Below, piece by piece: positions 20,442 through 29,906 of a stretch of DNA of 64,000 nt. The DNA lies in assembly GCA_005223125.1 (NCBI GenBank), contig NJBH01000005.1, positions 96,001-160,000 on the forward strand, read 5' to 3'. Below the pieces are notes generated by a model. That model saw only the letters and a list, made by a program, of their open reading frames with translations. It searched no databases and was not told the DNA's origin. The DNA is from Promethearchaeota archaeon Loki_b32. Lineage in GTDB: Archaea; Asgardarchaeota; Lokiarchaeia; Sigyniarchaeales; SOKP01. The position numbers were made by a program, and so were the translations under genes. Numbering within the stretch: position 1 is the first letter of the stretch; each line of letters starts with the position of its first letter.

Positions 20442-20819
20442 TCAATACTTAAAGCTCATATCAGCGTCTAAAATGAGCTGAGAAATTTCTTGAATATTTA
20501 CAATTTTTAAATTTTCCTTTAAACTTAGATCATTAACTTCTAATCCTGCTATTTTTAATGCTTCATCATGAATTAGTATTTCAAGTTCAGAGAGTTCTAT
20601 TAATCTCATAACATTTGTAAATTTGTCCACGTTTAAGGCCTCTGGATTTAAATTCTTATCAAAAAAGTAAACAGCATCTTTTAAAATAATAACTTTTACA
20701 TCCTCTACATCTCCTACTGCGAGGATTCCCGCAGCCATACGAATAGATTCTATTACCGAATTTTTGCCAAATGGAGATTCTTCACACATAATAACAACTG
20801 ACTCGACCATTCCCCTCAT
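20442..20819 (-). CDS. dsrF: DsrF/TusC-like sulfur relay subunit
   Basis: ESPFG..ESIRMAAG, LKDAVY; lies between DsrE and DsrH. Confidence 0.8.
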   Translation of the reverse strand: MRGMVESVVIMCEESPFGKNSVIESIRMAAGILAVGDVEDVKVIILKDAVYFFDKNLNPEALNVDKFTNVMRLIELSELEILIHDEALKIAGLEVNDLSLKENLKIVNIQEISQLILDADMSFKY

Positions 20820-21184
20820 CCTCCAGGACCAAAAAATATGACTTTATCGGATCTAGCAATTAAATCAGATAATCCGCCCAAACCTTCTCGATAAGCACCT
20901 TCAATAAATTCTTCCTTTTTAATCCCAGTAAAACCAATCCAAGTACTGCAAGCTAAGAGTTCTATATTATAAACTTTACAAAAATTTTCAAGAAGATCTG
21001 ATAAATTACGATCAGAAGTACTCTTGATAATTCTCTTTTTAATATTATACACACCGCTGCCATAGAGAAATATTCCTAAAATTTTATGCCCTTTTTTAAT
21101 TATAGCTTCACCTAAATTAAGTAAAGTATCCATAGCTTCATATTTATAGGGTTCTGCACATACGACAAAAGTAAATGATACCAT
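20816..21184 (-). CDS. dsrE: DsrE/TusD-like sulfurtransferase subunit
   Basis: EPY, KGH..IFLYGSGVYN, ACSTW (position of the persulfide Cys), GLGGLSDLI..SDKVIFF. Confidence 0.85.
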   Translation of the reverse strand: MVSFTFVVCAEPYKYEAMDTLLNLGEAIIKKGHKILGIFLYGSGVYNIKKRIIKSTSDRNLSDLLENFCKVYNIELLACSTWIGFTGIKKEEFIEGAYREGLGGLSDLIARSDKVIFFGPGG

Positions 21185-21288
21185 CTTGAATTATCTTTAT
21201 ATTTTAATTTTTCGTTAGAATTAGAAATTTAATAATAAATTTAATTCTTATTTTAACAAAAAATAATAAAGTTAAAAAAAAATGGACC

Positions 21289-22200
21289 TTATTTTAAAGG
21301 TTTTATAGCTTTAACATTTATACTTGTATTAGAAACATCTAATTCAGTAAAATCATTGAATGATTTAACTTGATCTCCCAAAAGTTCTTTAACATTTGGA
21401 TCATTCAGCAAGAAATCAACTGTAGAGAAGTTGCTATCTTCAAGGATCTCAACCTCTTGAAATCCTGCCTTTTCAATTGCTTCTATATATTTATCTTTTA
21501 AAATCGCTCCACCTATACAACTGACATAAGCTTCTATATTAGATTTTATTTCTTCAGGGAGTTCCTTTAATAAAACTATGTCTGAAACCATAATCCTCCC
21601 TCCAGGCTTTAAGACTCGATAAGCTTCTCTAAACACTCTTTCTTTATCTGGCGCAAGGTTAATTACACAATTTGACATAATAAGATCAACTGAATTATCA
21701 GCAACCGGTAAATTTTCTATTTCGCCAAGTCTAAACTCAACATTATCAAAATTACCTTCTTTAGAATTTTTACGAGCTCTATCTATCATTGCAGGGGTCA
21801 TATCTACTCCGATTACTTTTCCTGTTCTTCCTACACTGTTTGCAGCAATAAAGCAATCTAACCCTCCACCAGAACCAAGATCGAGAACAACTTCTCCCTC
21901 TTTTATAGAGGCATGAGCCGTTGGGTTCCCACATCCTGCGCCTAGATTTGCTCCTTTAGGAATACTTTTAAGATCATCTTCAGTATATCCTAAGTGAGCA
22001 CTATAATTCTTCATAAAATCTTCAATCTTATCAGCAGGAATTGCGATTGGGGCACAAGTACCCGTCCCACAAGAACTTGATGAAATATTTTCTGAATTTG
22101 TAGAGGGACTGCAACAACTTGAACCCCTAGATCTTGTAGCTACTTTACCATATGCTTCTCTTACAATTTTCTTTATCTTATTATCTTCTAATTCAACCAT
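21289..22200 (-). CDS. arsM: Arsenite S-adenosylmethionine methyltransferase, copy 1
   Basis: VREAYG, GAGCGNP, LDLGSGGGLDC, SNCVINL, SCIGGA; N-terminal CC..C..C. Confidence 0.93.
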   Translation of the reverse strand: MVELEDNKIKKIVREAYGKVATRSRGSSCCSPSTNSENISSSSCGTGTCAPIAIPADKIEDFMKNYSAHLGYTEDDLKSIPKGANLGAGCGNPTAHASIKEGEVVLDLGSGGGLDCFIAANSVGRTGKVIGVDMTPAMIDRARKNSKEGNFDNVEFRLGEIENLPVADNSVDLIMSNCVINLAPDKERVFREAYRVLKPGGRIMVSDIVLLKELPEEIKSNIEAYVSCIGGAILKDKYIEAIEKAGFQEVEILEDSNFSTVDFLLNDPNVKELLGDQVKSFNDFTELDVSNTSINVKAIKPLK

Positions 22201-22225
22201 ATTTTTTACCTCTATCCTATTATTT

Positions 22226-22354
22226 CTATTTTATACCTTTAAATAGGCAGTAGCCCAATGTTCCATTAAGAACTACTTCCAAAAATTTTCTTTGATTTTC
22301 AAGTGCTTTATTTACTCCTTCTTGAACATATTCATTAGTGATTTTATCTCTTTG
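22226..22354 (-). pseudogene. Start-less 42-codon C-terminal gene remnant, possibly from a methyltransferase
   Basis: Reads QRDKITNEYVQEGVNKALENQRKFLEVVLNGTLGYCLFKGIK*; the GYxxxxGxK ending is typical of class I MTases. Confidence 0.45.
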
Positions 22355-22404
22355 TTATTTTAAATTTTTAAAAAAAAGAATAATAGTAAAATAAAATTTT
22401 ATTT

Positions 22405-23271
22405 CTAGATATCTTTAGGTTTATATGCCTTAACTTTCAAACTTATCCCTGCCTCACCAAAATTTCGAATTTCTTCTATTTGTTCAGGAGTCAAGTCTAA
22501 TTTTTCCTTGAATTCAAGTAAATTATGATCTGATATCATGAATTTGATTGGAAAATAAGATTCTCCAACTATTTCAACATTTTGAAATCCCGTTTCTTGA
22601 ATGATTCTTATATAATCTTCTCTTAATAGTGCTCCTGCTACACAGCCAATATATGCTTCTAAATTTTGCTTTAATAGATAGGGTAATTCTTCCATTAAAA
22701 CAATATCAGAAATCAATATCCTTCCACCTGGTTTTAAAACACGATAAGTTTCCTTAAAAACCTTTTCTTTTTCAGGAGAAAGGTTGATAACACAGTTAGA
22801 AATCACAAGATCAGCAACATTATCAGCAACAGGTAAATTTTCAATTTCACCAAGTCGGAATTCTACGTTTTTATAATCTTCTTTTCTTGCATTTTCTCGA
22901 GCTGTATCAATCATCTGAGGTGTCATATCTACACCAATTACTTGGCCATTTTTTCCTACTTTATTTGCTGCTAGAAAACAATCAAATCCGGTACCTGAAC
23001 CAAGATCAACAATAGTTTCGCCTTCCTTTATAGAAGCAAGTGCAATTGGATTTCCACACCCTAAACCTACTGTACCTTGAGGAACATTTTTAATTTCCTC
23101 TTCTGAATATCCGATTTTAGTACTATAATTTTGTGCTGTCTTAATTGAATTCGTCGAAGAGCAACCACAAGCATAACTCTTTGCACGATCTGCTGTTTTA
23201 CCGTATTGCTCTCTTACAATTTTTCGTATTTCTTGAGTATCTAATTCTACCATTTTTTTACCACACTCCAA
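22405..23271 (-). CDS. arsM: Arsenite methyltransferase, copy 2 (true start probably MVELD)
   Basis: VREQYG, GLGCGNP, DLGSGTGFDC, SNCVINL, GCVAGA; N-terminal CGC. Confidence 0.93.
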   Translation of the reverse strand: MECGKKMVELDTQEIRKIVREQYGKTADRAKSYACGCSSTNSIKTAQNYSTKIGYSEEEIKNVPQGTVGLGCGNPIALASIKEGETIVDLGSGTGFDCFLAANKVGKNGQVIGVDMTPQMIDTARENARKEDYKNVEFRLGEIENLPVADNVADLVISNCVINLSPEKEKVFKETYRVLKPGGRILISDIVLMEELPYLLKQNLEAYIGCVAGALLREDYIRIIQETGFQNVEIVGESYFPIKFMISDHNLLEFKEKLDLTPEQIEEIRNFGEAGISLKVKAYKPKDI

Positions 23272-23330
23272 TTCAATAATTATTTTTTATAATTTTATTC
23301 AATTATAAATAATCAACTATAGAATATAAA

Positions 23331-23355
23331 GGTTCCGAACATTTCGGATCCGAAC
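23331..23355. promoter_or_regulatory. Candidate MarR operator upstream of arsM
   Basis: GGTTCCGAACATTTCGGATCCGAAC contains the perfect palindrome TTCGGATCCGAA (23343-23354) overlapping TCCGAA-N3-TTCGGA, a GC-rich island in an AT-rich gap. Confidence 0.65.
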
Positions 23356-23393
23356 TATTTCTGAAAATAAAAAAGCTATTTCAAATAATGAAA

Positions 23394-23894
23394 TCAAGCT
23401 TGATATACGTCCATCTCATTCATTTCAAATGAATTATCTAATTTTTTCAGAAGATGGACCAGGTATTTAATCTCTTCAGCTTCAAAACCACCACAACAAT
23501 CCTTTACAACAATCTTAATAGGTCGAGGTAGAGATTTTAAATTTTTTCCTTTTTCAGTAAGTTTTACTAAAAGACTTCGTCTATCATTTGGATTTGATTC
23601 TCGTGTTACTAGATTATTTTTTTCCATAGTATCAACAATCCCTGTTATTGTTGATTGAGAACAACAATATGCTAAAGCTAGCATTTTAAATGGTTTTTCA
23701 TCTGATTTCCAGAGTTCTTGTAGGATTGAGTATTGAGGAGGAGTGAGATTTGATTCCTTAATAACACGACGTTGTAATTTTTTATATTTTTTATTAATTC
23801 TATTGATCAATTCGAAGATCTCTGAAAAATAAATTATTTCTACATCATCATCGTTGCTTTCAATATTAAGTTCAGTCATTATATTTTTTACCAA
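23394..23894 (-). CDS. MarR-family regulator with two vicinal Cys pairs
   Basis: LTPPQYSIL, STITGIVDTMEKNNLVTR..NDRRSLLVKLTEKG; AYCCS and KDCCG. Confidence 0.9.
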   Translation of the reverse strand: MVKNIMTELNIESNDDDVEIIYFSEIFELINRINKKYKKLQRRVIKESNLTPPQYSILQELWKSDEKPFKMLALAYCCSQSTITGIVDTMEKNNLVTRESNPNDRRSLLVKLTEKGKNLKSLPRPIKIVVKDCCGGFEAEEIKYLVHLLKKLDNSFEMNEMDVYQA

Positions 23895-24033
23895 ATTATT
23901 AGGATATTAATTATTTACTTCCTTAATATATTAATAATTTTATAATTTATTATTGTTTCGCTTTATTTATGATAAATAAAAAAAGAATTGGTAGTTTCAC
24001 CTAATATATATTAAACTATTGATTAAAATTTAA

Positions 24034-24696
24034 GTGGAAAATAATATCTTTCTCTTTCAAATAGATGGTATTGAACTCAAAATGAAAAATCCCTATGATA
24101 TCTGTATTTGGAAAGATACTGCAGAGTGTGGAACTTGCCCAATTAATGGTAAACTAATATGCCACTTTCATAGAAAATATTTGTTTAGTTTTATTGGATT
24201 CTTTTTTGCTTTTGCTGTTACTGCTTTTATCGGGGTTATAATAGCAGGTTACGGTTGGTTTTTATTGGGTTGGGTTGGTTTTTGGTTATTTTTCTTTGAA
24301 TTTTGGGAAATTCGAATTCTGTGTAGCCATTGTCCCTACTACGCTGAAAAAGGGAAAACATTACATTGTATTGCTAATTATAGCAGCTTTAAACTCTGGA
24401 AATATCACCCTGAACCTATGAATTTATCCGAGAAAATCCAATTGTTAATTGGTTTTATTATTCTTATTGGATATCCTTTAATTTTTTTGATGATCGGTGG
24501 TCAATTTATCTTTTTAATAATTACAATTATCGAAATTTTCATTTTTTTTGGCTTTTTAATAGTAAAAAGGTGTGGAAATTGTTTGAATTTCTCGTGTCCT
24601 TTCAATCGTGTAAAAAAAGAATGTGTTGATATTTTTCTAAAAAAAAATCCAGTAATGAGAAAAGCTTGGGAAGATAAAGGGTATAAAACAGATTAA
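24034..24696 (+). CDS. Cys-rich four-TM hypothetical protein
   Basis: CGTCP, CSHCPYY..HC and CGNCLNFSCP flank two TM hairpins. Confidence 0.75.
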   Translation: MENNIFLFQIDGIELKMKNPYDICIWKDTAECGTCPINGKLICHFHRKYLFSFIGFFFAFAVTAFIGVIIAGYGWFLLGWVGFWLFFFEFWEIRILCSHCPYYAEKGKTLHCIANYSSFKLWKYHPEPMNLSEKIQLLIGFIILIGYPLIFLMIGGQFIFLIITIIEIFIFFGFLIVKRCGNCLNFSCPFNRVKKECVDIFLKKNPVMRKAWEDKGYKTD

Positions 24697-24741
24697 TTTA
24701 GAAAAATTAATATAAAAAAAAGTCTAAAATTTGTTCTTTAA

Positions 24742-25197
24742 TTATATTTTTATTTTTATAGCTATTATTTCTCCAGTTACATATTCTATTTCTTTAACGA
24801 AAAGCGAGCAGGATACAGTTATTTTTCGTTCTTTCATTTCCTTTATTCGTGCTCGAAAGACCCACGGTTTATTCAATGGTGTTGGTTTTAAGAATTTCAC
24901 AAATAACGAACCGGTTGCATATGCGATTGGAGGATCGGTACCTTCCTCTCGACCTTCTGCTCTGTGAGCTGCTGAAGCAGCAGTATTAAGACAGTGACAA
25001 TCAAGAATAGTTGCTATTATTCCTCCACATCCTCTACCAGGATATGCACAGTGATATCTTTTTGGTTTCCAAGTACAGACACATTCATCTCCTTCCCAAT
25101 AGCTTTTGATTTGTAATCCATGTTCATTATTCTTACCACATCCCCAACAGTAGTTTCCCATATCAGGCCATTTATCTTGAATGGCTTTATTTTCCAT
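24742..25197 (-). CDS. PaaI/hot-dog thioesterase
   Basis: CWGCGKNNEHGL, GGIIATILDCH, VKFLKPTP. Confidence 0.88.
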   Translation of the reverse strand: MENKAIQDKWPDMGNYCWGCGKNNEHGLQIKSYWEGDECVCTWKPKRYHCAYPGRGCGGIIATILDCHCLNTAASAAHRAEGREEGTDPPIAYATGSLFVKFLKPTPLNKPWVFRARIKEMKERKITVSCSLFVKEIEYVTGEIIAIKIKI

Positions 25198-25326
25198 ATA
25201 AAATTCTCCTTTTTTTTTACTTTTTCATAAAATCTATTGAATTTCATTAATAAATTTTTTTGATAGAAACGTCAATTTTTAATTAAATAAAAAGATTATT
25301 TAACTCTTATGGGATTTATTGATTTC

Positions 25327-25956
25327 TTATAATGCAAATTCCTGACCTATTGAGAGAAATTTTGAATTAATACCATTATCAACAAGATACTCTGTTAATT
25401 TTTTTGCTTCATTCTCCTTTTCATAGTTAAAATGATATGGTATTGTTATTTTTGGGTGTATAATTCTAAGAAATTCTAAATAATCATTAAAATTTGACTC
25501 AAAACAAGCAACAAAACACAGATCGATACTTTCATCTATAGATTTTAATTGATCTGAAAATTCAGCTGAATCAGCTGTGTGTAGAATTTTTTTGTTTTCA
25601 ATAGTAAATAAATAAGCAACACAACCTTCTGCTTTCCAACATTTATTTTCAAAAACCTCTACAAATCCATCGTTCAAATTAATTCTTGAATTCGGTTGAA
25701 TAAGGGTAAAATCAATATTTAATTCTTCATAAACACACAACGGACCAAAAATCTCCAGTTCTTTATCTTCTTTCTTATAATTATTCAAAATTTCTTTTAA
25801 TTTTTCTTGAGAGACGTGATCTGAATGATGATGTGTTAAAAAGACCTTTTCGATTCCTTTTTGTGGCGCAGATAAAAATACTGGATCAATGATAATATGA
25901 TCTTGTTTACTGATAATTTCTATACATGCATTTCCTAAAAATTGAATATTAACCAT
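25327..25956 (-). CDS. MBL-fold metallo-hydrolase
   Basis: IIIDP, THHHSDH, IPYH. Confidence 0.85.
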   Translation of the reverse strand: MVNIQFLGNACIEIISKQDHIIIDPVFLSAPQKGIEKVFLTHHHSDHVSQEKLKEILNNYKKEDKELEIFGPLCVYEELNIDFTLIQPNSRINLNDGFVEVFENKCWKAEGCVAYLFTIENKKILHTADSAEFSDQLKSIDESIDLCFVACFESNFNDYLEFLRIIHPKITIPYHFNYEKENEAKKLTEYLVDNGINSKFLSIGQEFAL

Positions 25957-26119
25957 ATATTATATCACCATAAATTTAGATTTATATCGTTCTTGAAATT
26001 TTATTAGGATTTTGAAAAGTTAAGATGATTATTAATAAAAAAATATTTTTTTTATTCTTTTGAAGTTTACTTTTATACTATAATTTAAGTTTTCGACATA
26101 CTTAATAATCAAGATAATT

Positions 26120-26473
26120 ATGAAAGAAAAAAAATGCCGAGTTAAGGAGGATTATAATTCTCCTTACACAGAACCACTCCTGATTACTAAAGGAGAAATA
26201 TTATCAATTGGAGAGAAAGAAAGTGAATGGTCAGGATGGATTTGGTGTACTAATAAAGAAGGAAAAAGCAGGTGGGTGCCTGAAAATTATCTTGAAATTC
26301 ATGGAAATACAGGTAAAGCAAACCAGGATTATAATGCAACAGAACTTACTGTTTCTATTGGAGAAGAATTAATCATTGAAGAAGAGGAAGCTGATTGGTT
26401 CTGGGTTACAAATCAGCAAGGAAAAAGCGGTTGGGTTCCTATTAAAAATGTTCAAATAATTAATAAAATATGA
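26120..26473 (+). CDS. Tandem SH3-domain protein
   Basis: Two repeats of DY..(E/P)L..GE..W.W...GK..WVP..(Y/N). Confidence 0.85.
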   Translation: MKEKKCRVKEDYNSPYTEPLLITKGEILSIGEKESEWSGWIWCTNKEGKSRWVPENYLEIHGNTGKANQDYNATELTVSIGEELIIEEEEADWFWVTNQQGKSGWVPIKNVQIINKI

Positions 26474-26529
26474 AATTTTAGATAAAACAAAATTGCTAAA
26501 TATTTTACCTTTGAAAAGTCAATAGAATC

Positions 26530-27336
26530 ATGTTCAAATACTCAAACAGTAAAGATTGGTTCGAAATCATAAAATATAAGGATTATCTATATGTAATCCG
26601 GGAAAGGTTGGATGAAATTGATCCTCGGTTTTATACTTCTTATACTAATTTATATTTAGTTGTTGGTTCTCATTCCGCTTTATTAGTAGATACTGGTTCT
26701 GGATTATTTCCCCTTAAACCAGTTATTAGCGATCTTATCTTAGATAAAAGATTGATTGTAATAAACACTCATTCTCACTTTGATCACATTGGTGGAAATA
26801 ATGAATTTGATGGAGTTCTCATTCACAAGAAAGAGTGTAAAGAAATTTCTAAATCTTGTGATATATTATTCTTAAAAGATTCTTCTAATGAAATAGTTAA
26901 ACTTTATGAGAGAACAAATTATACTCTTCCGCCCGCTAATAATATCCAATCAATAAAAGATGAGGATACTATAGATTTAGGTGAATTATCAGTAAAGATT
27001 ATTCATACTCCCGGACATTCACGAGGCTCAATATCTTTATTAACTAACAGAAATGAACTTTTCACGGGAGATACCGCTCATTATGGTACTATGTACCTCA
27101 CAAAAAAGACTTTTCCAATTGTATTATCAAGCATATCAAAATTACTTGATTTATTTCAAGAATCTAAAATTGAAGTTTATCCATCTCATGAAGAATTTGC
27201 TGTTGGTAAAGAATTATTAGTAGAACTAAGTAATGGGATAAAAAATATTGATAAAATCTGGGATACAAAAGTTAGAGATGATTTCCTAGAAGCTTGGATA
27301 TTATCAGACGAATATTTCAAATATGCAATATTTTAA
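26530..27336 (+). CDS. MBL-fold metallo-hydrolase
   Basis: VDTG, THSHFDHIGG, HTPGHS, FTGD, PSH. Confidence 0.9.
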   Translation: MFKYSNSKDWFEIIKYKDYLYVIRERLDEIDPRFYTSYTNLYLVVGSHSALLVDTGSGLFPLKPVISDLILDKRLIVINTHSHFDHIGGNNEFDGVLIHKKECKEISKSCDILFLKDSSNEIVKLYERTNYTLPPANNIQSIKDEDTIDLGELSVKIIHTPGHSRGSISLLTNRNELFTGDTAHYGTMYLTKKTFPIVLSSISKLLDLFQESKIEVYPSHEEFAVGKELLVELSNGIKNIDKIWDTKVRDDFLEAWILSDEYFKYAIF

Positions 27337-27371
27337 AATGCAAATAATGAAGATAACCGATTCTCTTTTAC

Positions 27372-27929
27372 TTATATCAGTTTTATTTGAGCATATCCCT
27401 GTTCACTAAGTATCCTCAACAGTAAATCTTTAAATACTAATTCCACATTCTCTCCGGTTTTAGATGAACATTCAATATAATTATGGAATTTATATAATTG
27501 CATTATGTCTATAGCGTCTTCTTCTCTACATATTCGTTTCTCTTCAAGATCTAGTTTACTACCTACCATAATTAGAGGAACTCTTCTAGCTATTTTTCTA
27601 AATTCTGGATGCCAATTAATTACATTGATTAAACTATCATAATTGGTGAGATCAAACATAAAAATTCCTCCTGATGCTCCTTGAGCGTAAGATGAGATTA
27701 GAAATTTGAACTTTTCTTCGCCCCCAAAATCCCAAACTTGAAGGGTTGCTTTTCCCTTATCTAAATCTACGTATTTAATATGTATTGCAGCCCCCAGAGT
27801 TGATTTAATATTTGTAAGAAAATTATTCGTGAGATAACGATTTACTATTGTTGTTTTTCCAACACCGCTGTCCCCAAATATACAAATCTTATATGTTAGG
27901 TTTAATTCATTTTGTTCTGTTACTATCAA
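27372..27929 (-). CDS. Rab-like small GTPase (Asgard type)
   Basis: G1 GDSGVGKT, G2 STLG, G3 WDFGGE, G4 SKLD, G5 SSK. Confidence 0.92.
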   Translation of the reverse strand: MIVTEQNELNLTYKICIFGDSGVGKTTIVNRYLTNNFLTNIKSTLGAAIHIKYVDLDKGKATLQVWDFGGEEKFKFLISSYAQGASGGIFMFDLTNYDSLINVINWHPEFRKIARRVPLIMVGSKLDLEEKRICREEDAIDIMQLYKFHNYIECSSKTGENVELVFKDLLLRILSEQGYAQIKLI

Positions 27930-28155
27930 ATCTAACCAGGGTAGTTATATTATTGATTAATTACGAGTTACCAATCCTATTCTCATACCTTAACTTCAAG
28001 TCATTTCGAGAAGTATATCTTTTAGAAAATGATTTTATATATTTAAAATTTTCATCTTAAGATTTATTAATAATTTCAAGTGGGGAATTTCGATAGTTTT
28101 TATATAATATTATCAACTTAAAAAATGAAATCCGAGTATGATTATGATCATAAAA

Positions 28156-28869
28156 TTAATGTTTTTTCCACCAATAAGGTATTTCTACGGTAATCAATTT
28201 ATTAGAATCAAGAAGTAAGATGTTATCCTCTTTAAATGAAAAAGCAAAACCTCCAAGATAATTTATCCACTTTTTGTCGGGAGGTATTCCAAACCAGCCA
28301 AACCTTAAAGCTAATAAATGAAGGTCATGAGTTACGTGAATATCTAATAGTGATTCTGAGGACTCTTGATTTTTTACCCACATGAGTTCTGCAGCTTTTT
28401 GAGAGTATGGTGTTAAGGGAGCCCAAAGTTCAGGAGAATAAAGACCTGCACTCCAACGATTAAAAATTTCAAGTATATTATATTTTTTGTTTTCTTCTAT
28501 AAAAAATTCTATACTAATACCTATACGATATAATGGAAGTAAATTCCCCTCTAAAACAGCTTCACCGCCAATTTTTTTAAAACCATTGAAAATTTCTTCA
28601 GCAGTCTCCTTACATCTGTCAGCTTTACTGTGAAAGAAACGAATTGGTTTATTTTCTGGTAAATTTTCACCAAAAACCTTAGCTATTTCTCGACCTTGAT
28701 TTGTCAGGTTTAAATCTGCATCCACGTCAAATTCTTTAGGTTCATTCCTTTGAGAGTGTCTTAAAAGAAGAATTATTTTTGAATCATCTGGAAATTTCTT
28801 AAGTCCGTTGATTAATTGTCTTGCTTGAGATGGCCAATCGGCTTCCTTCCAGATTTTATTGATGTCCAT
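28156..28869 (-). CDS. Histidine phosphatase family protein
   Basis: LLRHS, LT..G, RCKETA, VTHD. Confidence 0.85.
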   Translation of the reverse strand: MDINKIWKEADWPSQARQLINGLKKFPDDSKIILLLRHSQRNEPKEFDVDADLNLTNQGREIAKVFGENLPENKPIRFFHSKADRCKETAEEIFNGFKKIGGEAVLEGNLLPLYRIGISIEFFIEENKKYNILEIFNRWSAGLYSPELWAPLTPYSQKAAELMWVKNQESSESLLDIHVTHDLHLLALRFGWFGIPPDKKWINYLGGFAFSFKEDNILLLDSNKLITVEIPYWWKKH

Positions 28870-29007
28870 ATTATTTTGAATATTTTATAGCTTTAGAAAA
28901 TTTTCTTCTTATACAATAAATGATAGGATTAGGTATGAAACTATAAATAAGATAAAAGTGACGATATAATATTATAACCAAATATAAAATTTAAAAAAAT
29001 TGATTAA

Positions 29008-29889
29008 ATGACAACCATTAGGAAAGAAGGAAAAGTTAATGACGATACAATTCTCATCGATATTAGAATGTTTGGAGTTCCGAAAATCACAGCTATTTAT
29101 CTTATAGAATCTGGAAAGACATGCTTAGTTGATGCGGGGACTCATACAGAAGCTCGAAAAATCCTTAGACAGTTAAAAGCATTAGATGTATTCCCTCCAG
29201 ATATGATTATTCTAACCCATTCTCATTGGGATCACTGTCAAGCAATTCCTTTTTTATTGCAAAGAGCTAAAAAGGAGGGAAAGGAAATTGAGATATTAGC
29301 TTCAGAAAAAGCTATCCCTAATCTAAGAGATCAATCCTATAATGAAGTTTTTGGAACAGGACCTTTTACCAATATTGAAGAAGATATTAAGCCACTAAAA
29401 GAAGGAGATATTGTTGATCTTAATGGTATAACTTTAAAAGTTATTGAAACACCGGGTCATATGACCGATCATATTTCCTTTCTAGATGAAAAAAATAAAA
29501 ACCTTTTCGTGGGAGATGTTCTTGGAGACAAGGTCTCAGATATTGTATTTGTACCACCATTCATGCCTCCCTATTGGGATAAGGATGCATATCTTAATTC
29601 AATCGATAAACTTAAGAAACTTGATTTTGAGACAATAAGTTTACATCATTTTGGCTTGGTCTATGAAGATGAAGCTAAGAGTATTTTAGACGAATCTATA
29701 ACTAATTTAAATAAATACTGGGAATTGTATGAGGAAAATATTGAACATCTAGACGATATCCCTTTTTTGATTGAAAATGCACTTACTAGATATATACCTA
29801 AGTCAGAACTTGAGAAATATCCCCAAAAACTTAAAGAAGCTATAGCATTTTGGTTAAGTGAAGGTTTTAAAATCTCGAAAGGGATTTGA
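29008..29889 (+). CDS. MBL-fold metallo-hydrolase
   Basis: VDAG, THSHWDH, TPGH..DH, FVGD, HFG. Confidence 0.9.
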   Translation: MTTIRKEGKVNDDTILIDIRMFGVPKITAIYLIESGKTCLVDAGTHTEARKILRQLKALDVFPPDMIILTHSHWDHCQAIPFLLQRAKKEGKEIEILASEKAIPNLRDQSYNEVFGTGPFTNIEEDIKPLKEGDIVDLNGITLKVIETPGHMTDHISFLDEKNKNLFVGDVLGDKVSDIVFVPPFMPPYWDKDAYLNSIDKLKKLDFETISLHHFGLVYEDEAKSILDESITNLNKYWELYEENIEHLDDIPFLIENALTRYIPKSELEKYPQKLKEAIAFWLSEGFKISKGI

Positions 29890-29906
29890 AAGTATAAAAA
29901 GAATGT

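Noticed and set aside
20087-21184. Dissimilatory sulfur oxidation
   Set aside because: dsrEFH alone is insufficient; dsrAB and dsrC are not in the window.
20087-23271. Selenocysteine recoding (Lokiarchaeia have selenoproteins, and ArsM/DsrE can be Sec proteins)
   Set aside because: All catalytic positions are Cys codons, and no in-frame TGA with a conserved continuation was found.
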